DNA of 64,000 nt from a bacterium (GCA_030646995.1 JAUSKF010000002.1:76092-140091), one strand, 5' to 3'; positions 46,343 to 55,270 are shown, counted from the stretch's first letter. Numbers and translations: made by a program. Notes: a model not told the origin generated them from the letters alone.

Positions 46343-47944
46343 CTATGCCGACACTACCAGATGATCATATGCCGCGAGCGTAAGGAACTCGGGGAACTTT
46401 TCGGAAAATACCATCTCCCGGAAAATCTTTTCGGCGAGGTTAAACTTCCCGCCCGCCCAGGCGGGCAAGCCCCGCAAATCCTGCATCACTTCCTTAATCA
46501 CTTCATCCAAAGCCTTAGCCGAACACATTTCCACGTTGTGCTTCCGCCACTGCCAAATCTGTGCGCGAGAAATCTCTGCCGTCGCCGCATCTTCCATTAG
46601 GTTGTTCAAAGTGACACAACCGACGCCCCGCAGCCAAGCCTCCAGATACTGGATGCCGATACTGACATTACTGTATACGCCATCGCCGCTAATTGCCCCC
46701 TTCGGAACGCGGAGCAAATCTTCCGCGGTGACATGGACATCTTCACGCAAAACATCCAGCTGATTCGGCCCGGGCATTCCCAGATCGAAAATTTCTTTCA
46801 CATCCGGAACATACGCCGGATGAGAAACCCATTTACCATCAAAGCCCAACCCTATCTCACGCGCAGAATCAGCTTTAACTTTCAGGCTATTTGCGATGTT
46901 AACTTTCTCATCCTTGCTGGGACTCTGCGCCGCCATTCCGCCCATCGCGAGAGCTCCCCGCTTATGACAGGTCTCCACCAGAAGATCAGCATACGGAGCG
47001 AGAAAACCTCCGTCCATTTTCAAAGTGGAGCGGTCCGGCAAAACAAAACGCGGATGAGCAGAAAGCTTCTTGATGTAGCTGAAAATGTAGTCCCAGCGGC
47101 CGCAATTCAGGCCAGCCGAATGCTCGCGAAGAGCATAGAGAATTTCTTCCATCTGGAACGCCGCCGGCAAAGTCTCAATCAGCACGGTCGCGCGGATAAT
47201 TCCCCGCGGCAAACCAAACTGGTCTTCAGACCACCGGAAGATTGCATCCCAAAGCATCGCTTCGACAGAGCTCTCCATTTTAGGAAGGTAGAGATAAACT
47301 CCCGTACCTTTATCTACGAGTGCCTGAGCGTTATGGAAAAAATACATTCCGAAGTCGAACAAACTCGCCGACATCGGCTTGCCGTCCACCAGCACGTGCT
47401 TCTCCGGCAAATGCCAGCCGCGAGGACGGAAAAACTGCACAGCTGTTTTTTCTTTCAGCGCATACTTTTTCCTGCCGGTCTCAAAATCAATCTGCCTTCT
47501 TACAGCGTCAAAAAGATTAATCTGCCCGTTGACGATATTCGCCCAAGTCGGAGCATCGGAATCTTCCGAGTCCGCCATGTAGCAATTCGCCCCGGAGTTC
47601 AAAGCATTAATTACCATCTTCCGGCTTGATGCCGGCCCGGTAATCTCCACTCGCCTATCTTCCAGATCTTTCGGAGCCGGAACAACTTTCCATTCGGAAG
47701 TACGAATAACCGTATTGCCGAAAGAAAGGCTACGGAAATCGCCGGTGTCTAGCCTGCGCTGGAAAACATCTCGCCACTCCAAATTTTTCCTGCGAATATC
47801 TCCGAACTCTTTATTAAGTTCGCCAACGAAGCGCAGGGCTTCAGGCGTCAGAATTTTCTCGTCCCCTTCTACCTTCGGACCTCTGACTCGGACGTCAGTA
47901 TTCACAAACCTCTCCTTTTCAATGGACCGAGAAGAGCATATCAA
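46343..47944 (-). CDS. aceB: malate synthase A
   Basis: Contains the malate synthase signature region ...REHSAGLNCGRWDYIFSYIKK...; 533 aa, typical of the A form. Confidence 0.85.
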   Translation of the reverse strand: MICSSRSIEKERFVNTDVRVRGPKVEGDEKILTPEALRFVGELNKEFGDIRRKNLEWRDVFQRRLDTGDFRSLSFGNTVIRTSEWKVVPAPKDLEDRRVEITGPASSRKMVINALNSGANCYMADSEDSDAPTWANIVNGQINLFDAVRRQIDFETGRKKYALKEKTAVQFFRPRGWHLPEKHVLVDGKPMSASLFDFGMYFFHNAQALVDKGTGVYLYLPKMESSVEAMLWDAIFRWSEDQFGLPRGIIRATVLIETLPAAFQMEEILYALREHSAGLNCGRWDYIFSYIKKLSAHPRFVLPDRSTLKMDGGFLAPYADLLVETCHKRGALAMGGMAAQSPSKDEKVNIANSLKVKADSAREIGLGFDGKWVSHPAYVPDVKEIFDLGMPGPNQLDVLREDVHVTAEDLLRVPKGAISGDGVYSNVSIGIQYLEAWLRGVGCVTLNNLMEDAATAEISRAQIWQWRKHNVEMCSAKALDEVIKEVMQDLRGLPAWAGGKFNLAEKIFREMVFSEKFPEFLTLAAYDHLVVSA

Positions 47945-47952
47945 AAAACCTT

Positions 47953-47982
47953 AGATTTAAAAAGCCACCCTCATGGGTGGCT
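47953..47982 (-). terminator. terminator/attenuator hairpin overlapping the nrdJ stop, 36 nt upstream of aceB
   Basis: AGCCACCC-ATGA-GGGTGGCT + TTTTTAAATC on minus strand. Confidence 0.55.
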
Positions 47983-50290
47983 AAATTTCACAAACTCCTC
48001 CGGCACAAGCTGCTTCCTTCGCGCCCTTGGTTTCATCATCCTGCTCATAAAGCACGATATCAGCGAAGTTAATTTCCGGAAGCTTGGCCTTCAACTCCCG
48101 ATATTTTTCTTCAGCGGTTTTTACTACCACCATTTCTCCGGTTTTTTCATTCACGGCTACATCATCCATAATTTCCTCATAAGGAGATTGCACGTAAACG
48201 TTCTGCTCGGAGAAGAAAGCCAGACCACCCACCATATCCCAATTTTTCCTCACCCAATGCACTGCCTCAATCCACTCTTCGGGCTTGATGTAAATCGAAG
48301 CCGAGGGATTGTGCTCGGTATAATTCTCTTTAAGAATTTTCCAATAATCCAGCTGCTGCACGACATTTTTATCGCGGCGGGTAATTGCTCCCTCTGGAGC
48401 TTTGACCACGAAAGTAATCACATAATTCGCCAGAGCACCCGTGCTCTGATAAGCATCAGCTTCATACGGGTATTTCTGCTCTTTAAGCATCTCAAAAATC
48501 GGATCGGTCGCGGACAAACGAGTGCGGCGAAGGTAGTACTTAGCATAGCGGGTATGCAGGCCGGATGCCGAATTGACCAATTGGGAAACAGTTCCGGACG
48601 GCTTCACACAAGTGATTGCCGTCGACTGATTGATGCCAAATCGCTTGGCATATTCCTTATTAACCTCAACGGCCCTTTCCTTAAGCTTTCGCAAGGTCTC
48701 AGGATTACGCACGGCAGGGCAATCCCACTGACCGGTTAGAGAAACGCCAAGAAGGCGCTCTTCGTCACAATTCTCCTTCCACTCTTTGGACAGATATGGA
48801 AAATTAGTAAGGGTCGCCTGATAGGTGCCCATAATGGTCGCCAAGCGTACCTTTTCCAGCAAAGTTTCCTCGGTATCTTCCGCCCGACAAATAACCTCCG
48901 TAAGGTTACAAAACTGTTTGGACTTCAACACAATTTCACCACAAGGATTAGTGCCGCTAGTGGCGGCATCCTTCTCAAAAATTTTCCAGCGCCGAGGAGG
49001 CAGCTGATCTTTCAGGCCCGCCCGATTAAATATGCCCCGTTCACCGGTTCCGCCTTCAGCCAATTGCTGCCATTCTTTCATCAAAACGACGTCAGTCGGC
49101 TTAGAAGCGTAGGCAACCGAGTTGTTGGCCATATGCCGCTGTTTTTCATCTCTCTCCCAAAAACGCTTATCTTTAGCAACGCGCATTTCCAAATCATCAA
49201 GATTGGACAAAGAAAGCATCGCGCTACGACGCACACCTCCCATTTCTACAATCTCTCCGACCTTACAGGCAATATCATGCACATCAATCGGCTTCAATCG
49301 CCTGTCCTGCCGCTCCAAAACTTTGTCGCGGGCAAACTCCATCAATGCCTTCAATGGTCCGGGGCCGGAACTTCTTCCGCCCATGGTATGCAATCTCGCT
49401 CCCATCGGGCGCAGTTCAGAATAATCAACTTCCACGTCCTTACCGTCATACCAATGTCGCATGCACTTCACAAACGCATCCGCCCATCCTTCTTTGCTGT
49501 CTTCTACGACAATTTTTACCTTAGGCTTCCCGGTCTGACGCTTAATCTGCGGAAGTTTTTCAATACTCTGATACTCCACAGAAAAACCGACTCCGGTACC
49601 GCACATCGAGAGATACATGATTTCACCGAAATCCTGAAGCTCCGAAATGGCGATAAACGAACAATTGTATCCGGAAACGTTGGTGGATTCAGCTGCCCCG
49701 CCGGCGCTCCAGAAAAGCCGCATAGACGGCATAACTCGCATATTGAGAACCGCCTCTTTCAAATCACCATATTCTTGGTCGATCATCTTGTTGCCAAGAT
49801 TTTTAAACATGAAATCGAAGTAGCGTTGAACGCTTTCAATCCAAGTTTCACGCCTTCCTTCCGATTCTATCCATCTGGAATACCGGCTAAAAAAAATGTA
49901 CTCGCTAAAATCATCAGAAAAGAATTTTTTACTGTCAGCTACGAGCTGTTTAACTTTCTCGGGCACTTCTTTTTTCTTTTCCCGGACTTCGGCTCGTTTT
50001 TCCCGATAAAGAATGTAGGCCTTGGCGGTCTTGGTATAGTCCAAAAGCATCAAAGTGCGCTCAACGTAATTTTGAATCGTTTCGATATCCAAAATCTCCT
50101 TCGCGGAATGCTCTTTTTTAAGCGCTTTCAGCACCTTGTCGGAAACACGAGCAGCTTCCTCCTCGCCACCTTCTCCTGTGGCATTTAGCGCCTTAAAAAT
50201 AGCGCTGGTAATGCGGCTCTGCTCGAAATCGAGGATTGATCCGTCCCGCTTACGAACTTTGGTAAACATCGTAGTTTCTTTTTTCATCAC
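47981..50290 (-). CDS. nrdJ: ribonucleotide reductase, class II (B12-dependent NrdJ-like) with N-terminal ATP-cone
   Basis: ATP-cone VRKRDGSILDFEQSRITSAI; RNR 10-stranded barrel motifs; C-terminal Cys pair ...ACAGGVCEI. Confidence 0.7.
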   Translation of the reverse strand: MMKKETTMFTKVRKRDGSILDFEQSRITSAIFKALNATGEGGEEEAARVSDKVLKALKKEHSAKEILDIETIQNYVERTLMLLDYTKTAKAYILYREKRAEVREKKKEVPEKVKQLVADSKKFFSDDFSEYIFFSRYSRWIESEGRRETWIESVQRYFDFMFKNLGNKMIDQEYGDLKEAVLNMRVMPSMRLFWSAGGAAESTNVSGYNCSFIAISELQDFGEIMYLSMCGTGVGFSVEYQSIEKLPQIKRQTGKPKVKIVVEDSKEGWADAFVKCMRHWYDGKDVEVDYSELRPMGARLHTMGGRSSGPGPLKALMEFARDKVLERQDRRLKPIDVHDIACKVGEIVEMGGVRRSAMLSLSNLDDLEMRVAKDKRFWERDEKQRHMANNSVAYASKPTDVVLMKEWQQLAEGGTGERGIFNRAGLKDQLPPRRWKIFEKDAATSGTNPCGEIVLKSKQFCNLTEVICRAEDTEETLLEKVRLATIMGTYQATLTNFPYLSKEWKENCDEERLLGVSLTGQWDCPAVRNPETLRKLKERAVEVNKEYAKRFGINQSTAITCVKPSGTVSQLVNSASGLHTRYAKYYLRRTRLSATDPIFEMLKEQKYPYEADAYQSTGALANYVITFVVKAPEGAITRRDKNVVQQLDYWKILKENYTEHNPSASIYIKPEEWIEAVHWVRKNWDMVGGLAFFSEQNVYVQSPYEEIMDDVAVNEKTGEMVVVKTAEEKYRELKAKLPEINFADIVLYEQDDETKGAKEAACAGGVCEI

Positions 50291-50532
50291 TGCTCCTTTG
50301 CTGGATTCGAATTATTAAACTGCTAAACGGAATTATACAGTTTGGGAACGAATTGGGCAACGAGTGATATCTAAATTTTTATATCTTCAGTCTACTCCCG
50401 CTTTTCAAGATTATAGAAGTGCATAAGTACTTTGTCGGTTGTTTTATCCCGCTACGCGGGATCCCGCCTTATTTATATTTAAAAATAGTGCGGCGGGACA
50501 AAATTCGGATTTCATGGTATCATCCAGGCAAT

Positions 50533-51240
50533 ATGGACAATGAAATTTTCCCGATGCGTCTCAATAAATATCTCGCTTGGAAAAAACTGGCTAGCCGCCG
50601 TGAAGCGGACAGGTTGATTTCAGACAAAAAAGTACTCATCAATGACAGGGTGGCGGTTTTGGGTGATAAAGTTTCAGAAAAAGACGTTGTAAAAATCATC
50701 GAAAGAAAGGGTAAAGAAGAACTTCCAAAATTAACCGTCGCACTAAACAAGCCACGCGGTTTGATTTCGGCCATTAATGAGAAGGGCGGCGAAACAATCT
50801 TTGATTATCTACCTCAATACAAACACCTCAACGCCGTCGGCCGGCTAGATAAAGAAAGCGAGGGTTTAATTCTGCTTTCCAACGATGGAGTTCTCACCGC
50901 CGTCGTTACCAGCGAAAAACATCTAATTGAAAAGGAATACGAGGTTCAGGTTTGGGAAAAAATTCAACCGTTGAGTCTTAGGCGCTTAGCGGAAGGCGTT
51001 CTACTGGATGGCAAAATGACTCTGCCGGCCGTAGTAGAGCAGCTAAATGACATGTCTTTTTCGATAGTTTTAAAAGAAGGACGCAAACATCAGATTCGCC
51101 GGATGGCCGCCGAGACACATCTGACAATTAAAAATTTGAAAAGAATTCGTATAGGGAAAATAACACTCAAAGAAATTGAAAAACCCGGCGAATATCGGGA
51201 ACTGAAGCCGGAAGAAGTAAATAAACTAAAAAACGCCTAA
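50533..51240 (+). CDS. rluB: pseudouridine synthase, RsuA/RluB family (S4 + catalytic domain)
   Basis: S4 domain MRLNKYLAW..., catalytic VGRLDKESEGLILLSNDG; start set at internal Met. Confidence 0.75.
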   Translation: MDNEIFPMRLNKYLAWKKLASRREADRLISDKKVLINDRVAVLGDKVSEKDVVKIIERKGKEELPKLTVALNKPRGLISAINEKGGETIFDYLPQYKHLNAVGRLDKESEGLILLSNDGVLTAVVTSEKHLIEKEYEVQVWEKIQPLSLRRLAEGVLLDGKMTLPAVVEQLNDMSFSIVLKEGRKHQIRRMAAETHLTIKNLKRIRIGKITLKEIEKPGEYRELKPEEVNKLKNA

Positions 51241-51257
51241 GGCGGTTTTTAGTTTTG

Positions 51258-51466
51258 GTGCCGCGGGAGGGAATCGCCTACAACTCTCGCCTCGCCGTCG
51301 CTCGGTTCGGTCGCAGGCCGCCCCTCGCGACCCCGCAAGCTTGCGGGGTATCGCTGCGTTCTTCAATATCCCTACGCGAGCCAAACAATTGGCTCGCTCC
51401 CGCCGCTACAAACAAAAAATAAAGCGCCTTTTCGTGGCGCTTTATTTTTCTGTTGTGCCGCGGGAG
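51258..51466 (-). ncRNA. GC-rich multi-hairpin segment ending (minus strand) in a 17-nt duplicate of the tRNA 3' end plus templated CCA (ATTCCCTCCCGCGGCAC-CA)
   Basis: Closed by a 12-bp helix 51262-51273 / 51395-51406; internal perfect hairpins ACCCCGCAAGCTTGCGGGGT and GCGAGCCAAACAATTGGCTCGC; terminators on both sides. Confidence 0.45.
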
Positions 51467-51761
51467 GGAATTGAACCCCCGACGCCAGCCTCTTCCAAAG
51501 GCTAGTTGGACTATCTCATTCCCGTTCTTAAAAACTTAAGAGTGCGGGATCGGGCGCTATTGCAGGATTATTGTTGGGACTCACCTGCTAGTCTCTACAC
51601 CTTCCAGAAAACTTAAACCCTTTCTGGCTCGGCTCGGGATTGTCGTATGCATATTTTACTATACATCCGGTTTTCCCCGAATTCACCCAATTTTTCGATC
51701 CGCATTACTACGGAAGGCCCCAAAGATCTAGGGCTGCGCTCTACCACTGAGCTACCGCGGC
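51467..51761 (-). tRNA. tRNA (inferred Phe, anticodon GAA) interrupted by a group I intron after U33; CCA not encoded
   Basis: Exons fold as canonical cloverleaf (acceptor GCCGCGG/CCGCGGC, D arm TAGCTCAGTGGTAGAGC, T arm GGGGGTTCAATTCCCTC, A73). Spliced anticodon loop is CU|GAAGA. Confidence 0.6.
51507..51729 (-). ncRNA. group I self-splicing intron (223 nt) in the tRNA anticodon loop
   Basis: P1 pairs 5' exon GCCCU with intron GGGGC (U.G at splice site); final nucleotide is G; P/Q/R/S-like elements GAATTCGGGGAAAA, CAATCCCGAGCC, GTAGAGACTAGCAGG, GAGATAGTCCAAC (P7 GACTA/TAGTC). Confidence 0.65.
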
Positions 51762-51764
51762 ATA

Positions 51765-52481
51765 CTAACTAAAATTGTGGTTCTTAACGCCATCTATCCA
51801 GCCAATTATGCGATGGAATAGCTTGGTATCACTTATTCTAACCTGCAAAACCCCATAAGGCAAGCGATTAAATGGCCTCTTTCCCATACTGGATTTACTA
51901 ATTCCAAGATAGGTTTTATTAAAGTTCTCCCTGGGAATACCGGTTGTCTTAACCCAATACTTCAGGGTCGCCTCAGCATTCATATGTTGAAAAATTCTTA
52001 AATTGGCTTTTATTTTCTCGACCGGTACTTTACAAATCTTTTTAATAAACGCCAAGAAGACATTGATTAAAACCGGATCAGCATTAGTAAGACTAATGGG
52101 GTGATATGTGACTTCCCTTCCACCTCTCACAATCGGCCGCTTATACCCCTCCGCCCAGTACAACGCCAAACCGATAAAAAATAGATTCTGAATAGAGATA
52201 TTTGCAATCTCGCCGTGCGCTAATTTCTGGATTTCTTCTTTTCTTTGCAGAGCCAAATGAGTTTGATTTTTATTTCTTTTCAAAAGGCCTTCCAACGATT
52301 TTTGTTTGGACCGATTCTCAATTTTTTCCCTTGCACTCGCGGATAAAACTATGTTTTTCAACCATAGCGACAAAGTAGACTTAGAAATACCAGGCAAGGT
52401 TTTCTGGATTTCGCTATAACTCTTGCCCTGCAACCGTAGCTTAATGGCCGAGAATTTATCATTACGCATTATATATATCAT
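51765..52481 (-). CDS. HTH + LAGLIDADG-like domain protein; candidate free-standing homing endonuclease ending 4 nt from the intron-containing tRNA
   Basis: N-terminal HTH KSYSEIQKTLPGISKSTLSLWLKN; motif FIGLALYWAEGYK resembles a LAGLIDADG helix ending in E-G. Confidence 0.3.
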   Translation of the reverse strand: MIYIMRNDKFSAIKLRLQGKSYSEIQKTLPGISKSTLSLWLKNIVLSASAREKIENRSKQKSLEGLLKRNKNQTHLALQRKEEIQKLAHGEIANISIQNLFFIGLALYWAEGYKRPIVRGGREVTYHPISLTNADPVLINVFLAFIKKICKVPVEKIKANLRIFQHMNAEATLKYWVKTTGIPRENFNKTYLGISKSSMGKRPFNRLPYGVLQVRISDTKLFHRIIGWIDGVKNHNFS

Positions 52482-52529
52482 AGCGCCGTCGTTCGATTAT
52501 ATCAACCCTCCCGCGACACAAAAATCAAT

Positions 52530-52600
52530 AAATAAAAATCCCCGCCACTATGCCATAGCATAGTGGCGGATATAAAAAACAGGCCCTAGGGCCTGTTTTA
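52530..52600 (-). terminator. two tandem terminator hairpins after the SemiSWEET-like gene
   Basis: ACAGGCCC-TA-GGGCCTGT + T-run, then CCGCCACTATG-6nt-CATAGTGGCGG + T-run on minus strand. Confidence 0.6.
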
Positions 52601-52870
52601 TTTTTCCCGATACAAAATGAATTTTTGAGTACAAATGATACCAATCATCACCAAAGCAAAAACGTTGACCCAAATCAAATGAGGATTGTCGAGAACCAAA
52701 CCATAAGCGCACCAGAGGATATGACTGACTAGTGGCCAAGCGGCATAGAAAGCCGTCAGACCAACCTTCTTTTCCCGATAGTGCTTAATAATTTGCGTCG
52801 GCGAAGCCACTGAAAAGAAAATGAAAGTGGCCACCGAAGCCGACCATCCGAGCATATCGGCGAGGGTCAT
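52598..52870 (-). CDS. SemiSWEET / PQ-loop family small transporter (3-TM)
   Basis: 90 aa, three TM helices, PQ-loop-like SPTQIIK. Confidence 0.45.
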   Translation of the reverse strand: MTLADMLGWSASVATFIFFSVASPTQIIKHYREKKVGLTAFYAAWPLVSHILWCAYGLVLDNPHLIWVNVFALVMIGIICTQKFILYREK

Positions 52871-52917
52871 CCGGACTCCTTTTTATAACCAAAGGGTTCT
52901 GCTCGTATTTTAGCTAT

Positions 52918-54093
52918 TTACCGCTCTTTGGCAATCTTCTCGCGGATTTCTTTCAAAAGTTTTTCCATAAAAGAAAGATTGTGGATAGTGGTCAGAATCG
53001 GGCCAAGCATTTCCTTGGCGTTAAAAAGATGGCTAATGTAAGCGCGGGAATAATTGGCGCAAGTATAACAACCGCAATCTTTATCAATCGGATTCTTATC
53101 TTTTCCATAGCGGCCGGATTTTATATTCAAGCGTTCGCCGCGCAGTAAAGCTCCTCCATTCCTTCCTAAGCGAGTCGGCGCTACGCAATCGAAGGTATCT
53201 ATCCCCCGCTTCACCGCTTCCCAAATATCTTCCTCCGAGCCGATTCCCAACAAATGCCGCGGTTTATTTTCCGGCAATAATGGAATCGTCCAATCCAAAA
53301 TCTTATACATATCTTTTTTAGACTTACCCAAGGAACCACCGATGCCAAAGCCATCAAATCCCATTCCGCCAATTAGTTTCGCGCTTTTCAAACGTAAATC
53401 CTTATAAGCTCCACCCTGCACGATACCGAAAAGAGCCTGACTTTGGACTAACGACTTTGGACTAACGACTTTGGACTTGAATGCCGCTAAGCAACGCTTA
53501 GCCCAATTATGTGTGCGCTCCAAAGATTTTTTAGTATATGCGTAGTCATGTAAAGGGGAAGTGCATTCATCAAAGGCAAAAATCAAATCAGCGCCTAGAT
53601 TCTCCTGAATTTTTATAGATTTTTCAGGAGTGAAGAAATGCTTTGAGCCGTCTAAATGCGAACGAAATTCAACTCCGTCATCGGTGATAGTGGTCAAACT
53701 CTGTCCGCGCGGAGAATTTTGCTTGTGCGCAAGCTCGGCTTCCGACGGGAAGATATTCGCAATCTTGCTCACGCCATGTTCAATTGCCGCCCCTAAGCTA
53801 AAGGCCTGAAAGCCGCCGCTGTCTGTCCAGATCGGCCGATCCCAGTTCATAAACTTATGAAGCTTACCAATTCTTTTCACCGTCAAATCTCCCGGCCTCA
53901 AGTAAAGGTGGTAGGTGTTACAAAGCAAAGATTCAGAGCCGATGGCTTTTAATTGATCGGTGGTTAAGCCCTTAATCGCCGCCTGCGTCGCTACGGGAAT
54001 AAAAGCCGGAGTATTAATCACGCCGTGCTTTGTGTGAATTTCTCCAAGTCTTGCGCGGGACTTTTTTGATTTCTTTAAAATCTTAAATTCCAT
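52918..54093 (-). CDS. tgt: queuine tRNA-ribosyltransferase
   Basis: TGT catalytic and zinc subdomain motifs (CGCYTCANYSRAY); contains a 15-bp tandem duplication at ~53447-53490. Confidence 0.88.
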   Translation of the reverse strand: MEFKILKKSKKSRARLGEIHTKHGVINTPAFIPVATQAAIKGLTTDQLKAIGSESLLCNTYHLYLRPGDLTVKRIGKLHKFMNWDRPIWTDSGGFQAFSLGAAIEHGVSKIANIFPSEAELAHKQNSPRGQSLTTITDDGVEFRSHLDGSKHFFTPEKSIKIQENLGADLIFAFDECTSPLHDYAYTKKSLERTHNWAKRCLAAFKSKVVSPKSLVQSQALFGIVQGGAYKDLRLKSAKLIGGMGFDGFGIGGSLGKSKKDMYKILDWTIPLLPENKPRHLLGIGSEEDIWEAVKRGIDTFDCVAPTRLGRNGGALLRGERLNIKSGRYGKDKNPIDKDCGCYTCANYSRAYISHLFNAKEMLGPILTTIHNLSFMEKLLKEIREKIAKER

Positions 54094-54140
54094 AGAATAC
54101 TTAATACTAGCTACTTTCTACTAACTACTAAAATTGTGCG

Positions 54141-54704
54141 CTAGGCGCGCACGATTTTATAAGGCTTCTTTGTCAAGTCTACTATCTTAGAGCCTTTTGT
54201 CTTTTTATTGATACCTGCATGGATAACCGCATCGATCATTTCCGCCGTTTTCTTGAACATTTCCTTATATTGGGAAGGGTCCCTCAACGGATCTTTTCCC
54301 GCAACGTTAGCGCTGGTCGCTATGATTGGCCTATCGAAGTAACGAAACAATTCCTTGGTCCAACGATGTTTGGCCAAACGAAAAGCGCCGGTGTGCTTCA
54401 TCGCCGCCAACGGAGAAAGATTTTTAGCTTTTAAAATGAAAGTGGTCGGCTTCTTAGACTTAGTCATCGCTTTTTTCTGGTCGGGACTAAAAGAAGCGTA
54501 CTCCGCCAACATATTAAAATCTTTAACCAGAATCGGAAAAGCCTTACCAATCTGGCGGCCTTTTATCTGATAGATCTTCAACAGCGCCTGCGGATTAGTG
54601 GCATCACAGCCGAGTCCATACAGAGTTTCAGTCGGAAAAATCATCACGCCGCCGGCATTAAGGATTTGAGTGACTTCTTGAGGTTTTAAGCTTATTTTAG
54701 GCAT
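54141..54704 (-). CDS. tsaC: L-threonylcarbamoyladenylate synthase (YrdC/TsaC domain)
   Basis: VMIFPTETLYGLGCDA...KGRQIGKAFPILV typical YrdC. Confidence 0.8.
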   Translation of the reverse strand: MPKISLKPQEVTQILNAGGVMIFPTETLYGLGCDATNPQALLKIYQIKGRQIGKAFPILVKDFNMLAEYASFSPDQKKAMTKSKKPTTFILKAKNLSPLAAMKHTGAFRLAKHRWTKELFRYFDRPIIATSANVAGKDPLRDPSQYKEMFKKTAEMIDAVIHAGINKKTKGSKIVDLTKKPYKIVRA

Positions 54705-54772
54705 AAGTTAAGTTAACAATGGAAATTATAGCAAAAATCCGCTTAGGTGTCAACCCTAAGCGGATTTGGTGA

Positions 54773-55270
54773 TTACCAGCAAAAAGCGATGAGTCTGATA
54801 ATGAAAATATTGTATAGGAAGTGGCTGAACGATACGGCCGCCAAGGCCTTGAACTGAAACTGGCTCTTGGCGTCCACGCACTTAACAAACAAAAGGCCCC
54901 AAACGAGAAAGAGCACTCCTTGCAAAGCCGCCGCGCAAACAATTGCCATGTTGCGCCCGGCAAAATCACGAAAAAGTTCGTAATGGGCCATTCCAAAATA
55001 AAGACTAGCGGGCAGAGCAACCATCAGCAAAATCCCTACCCTTTTCCGTCCGCAAAGAATTACGGTCAAAGCGATAAGCCACCACTGCGCAATAGCGGTC
55101 TCGCCCAACACGCCCATCATCTGCCCCACCAAATGCATCGCCGACGGAAGATTCCAGTTGATCTCTGGGGGCTCCAAAGAGTAACTCCGAATAATAATTC
55201 CGGTAACCATCAGACCCCAAAGCAAGGAAAAAATCGTAACTGCAAAGCCGATCTTCAACCAAGAGCGCAT
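54773..55270 (-). CDS. polytopic membrane protein, weak CPBP/Abi-like features
   Basis: Hydrophobic 5-6 TM protein, C-terminal SHFLYN (HxxxN-like); start uncertain. Confidence 0.3.
   Translation of the reverse strand: MRSWLKIGFAVTIFSLLWGLMVTGIIIRSYSLEPPEINWNLPSAMHLVGQMMGVLGETAIAQWWLIALTVILCGRKRVGILLMVALPASLYFGMAHYELFRDFAGRNMAIVCAAALQGVLFLVWGLLFVKCVDAKSQFQFKALAAVSFSHFLYNIFIIRLIAFCW

Noticed and set aside
50291-50532. NrdR boxes or a B12 riboswitch upstream of the class II RNR / rluB divergent region
   Set aside because: Two small hairpins are present (ATCCCGC-TAC-GCGGGAT; CCCGCC...GGCGGG). I could not find tandem 16-bp NrdR-type palindromes or the conserved B12-box.
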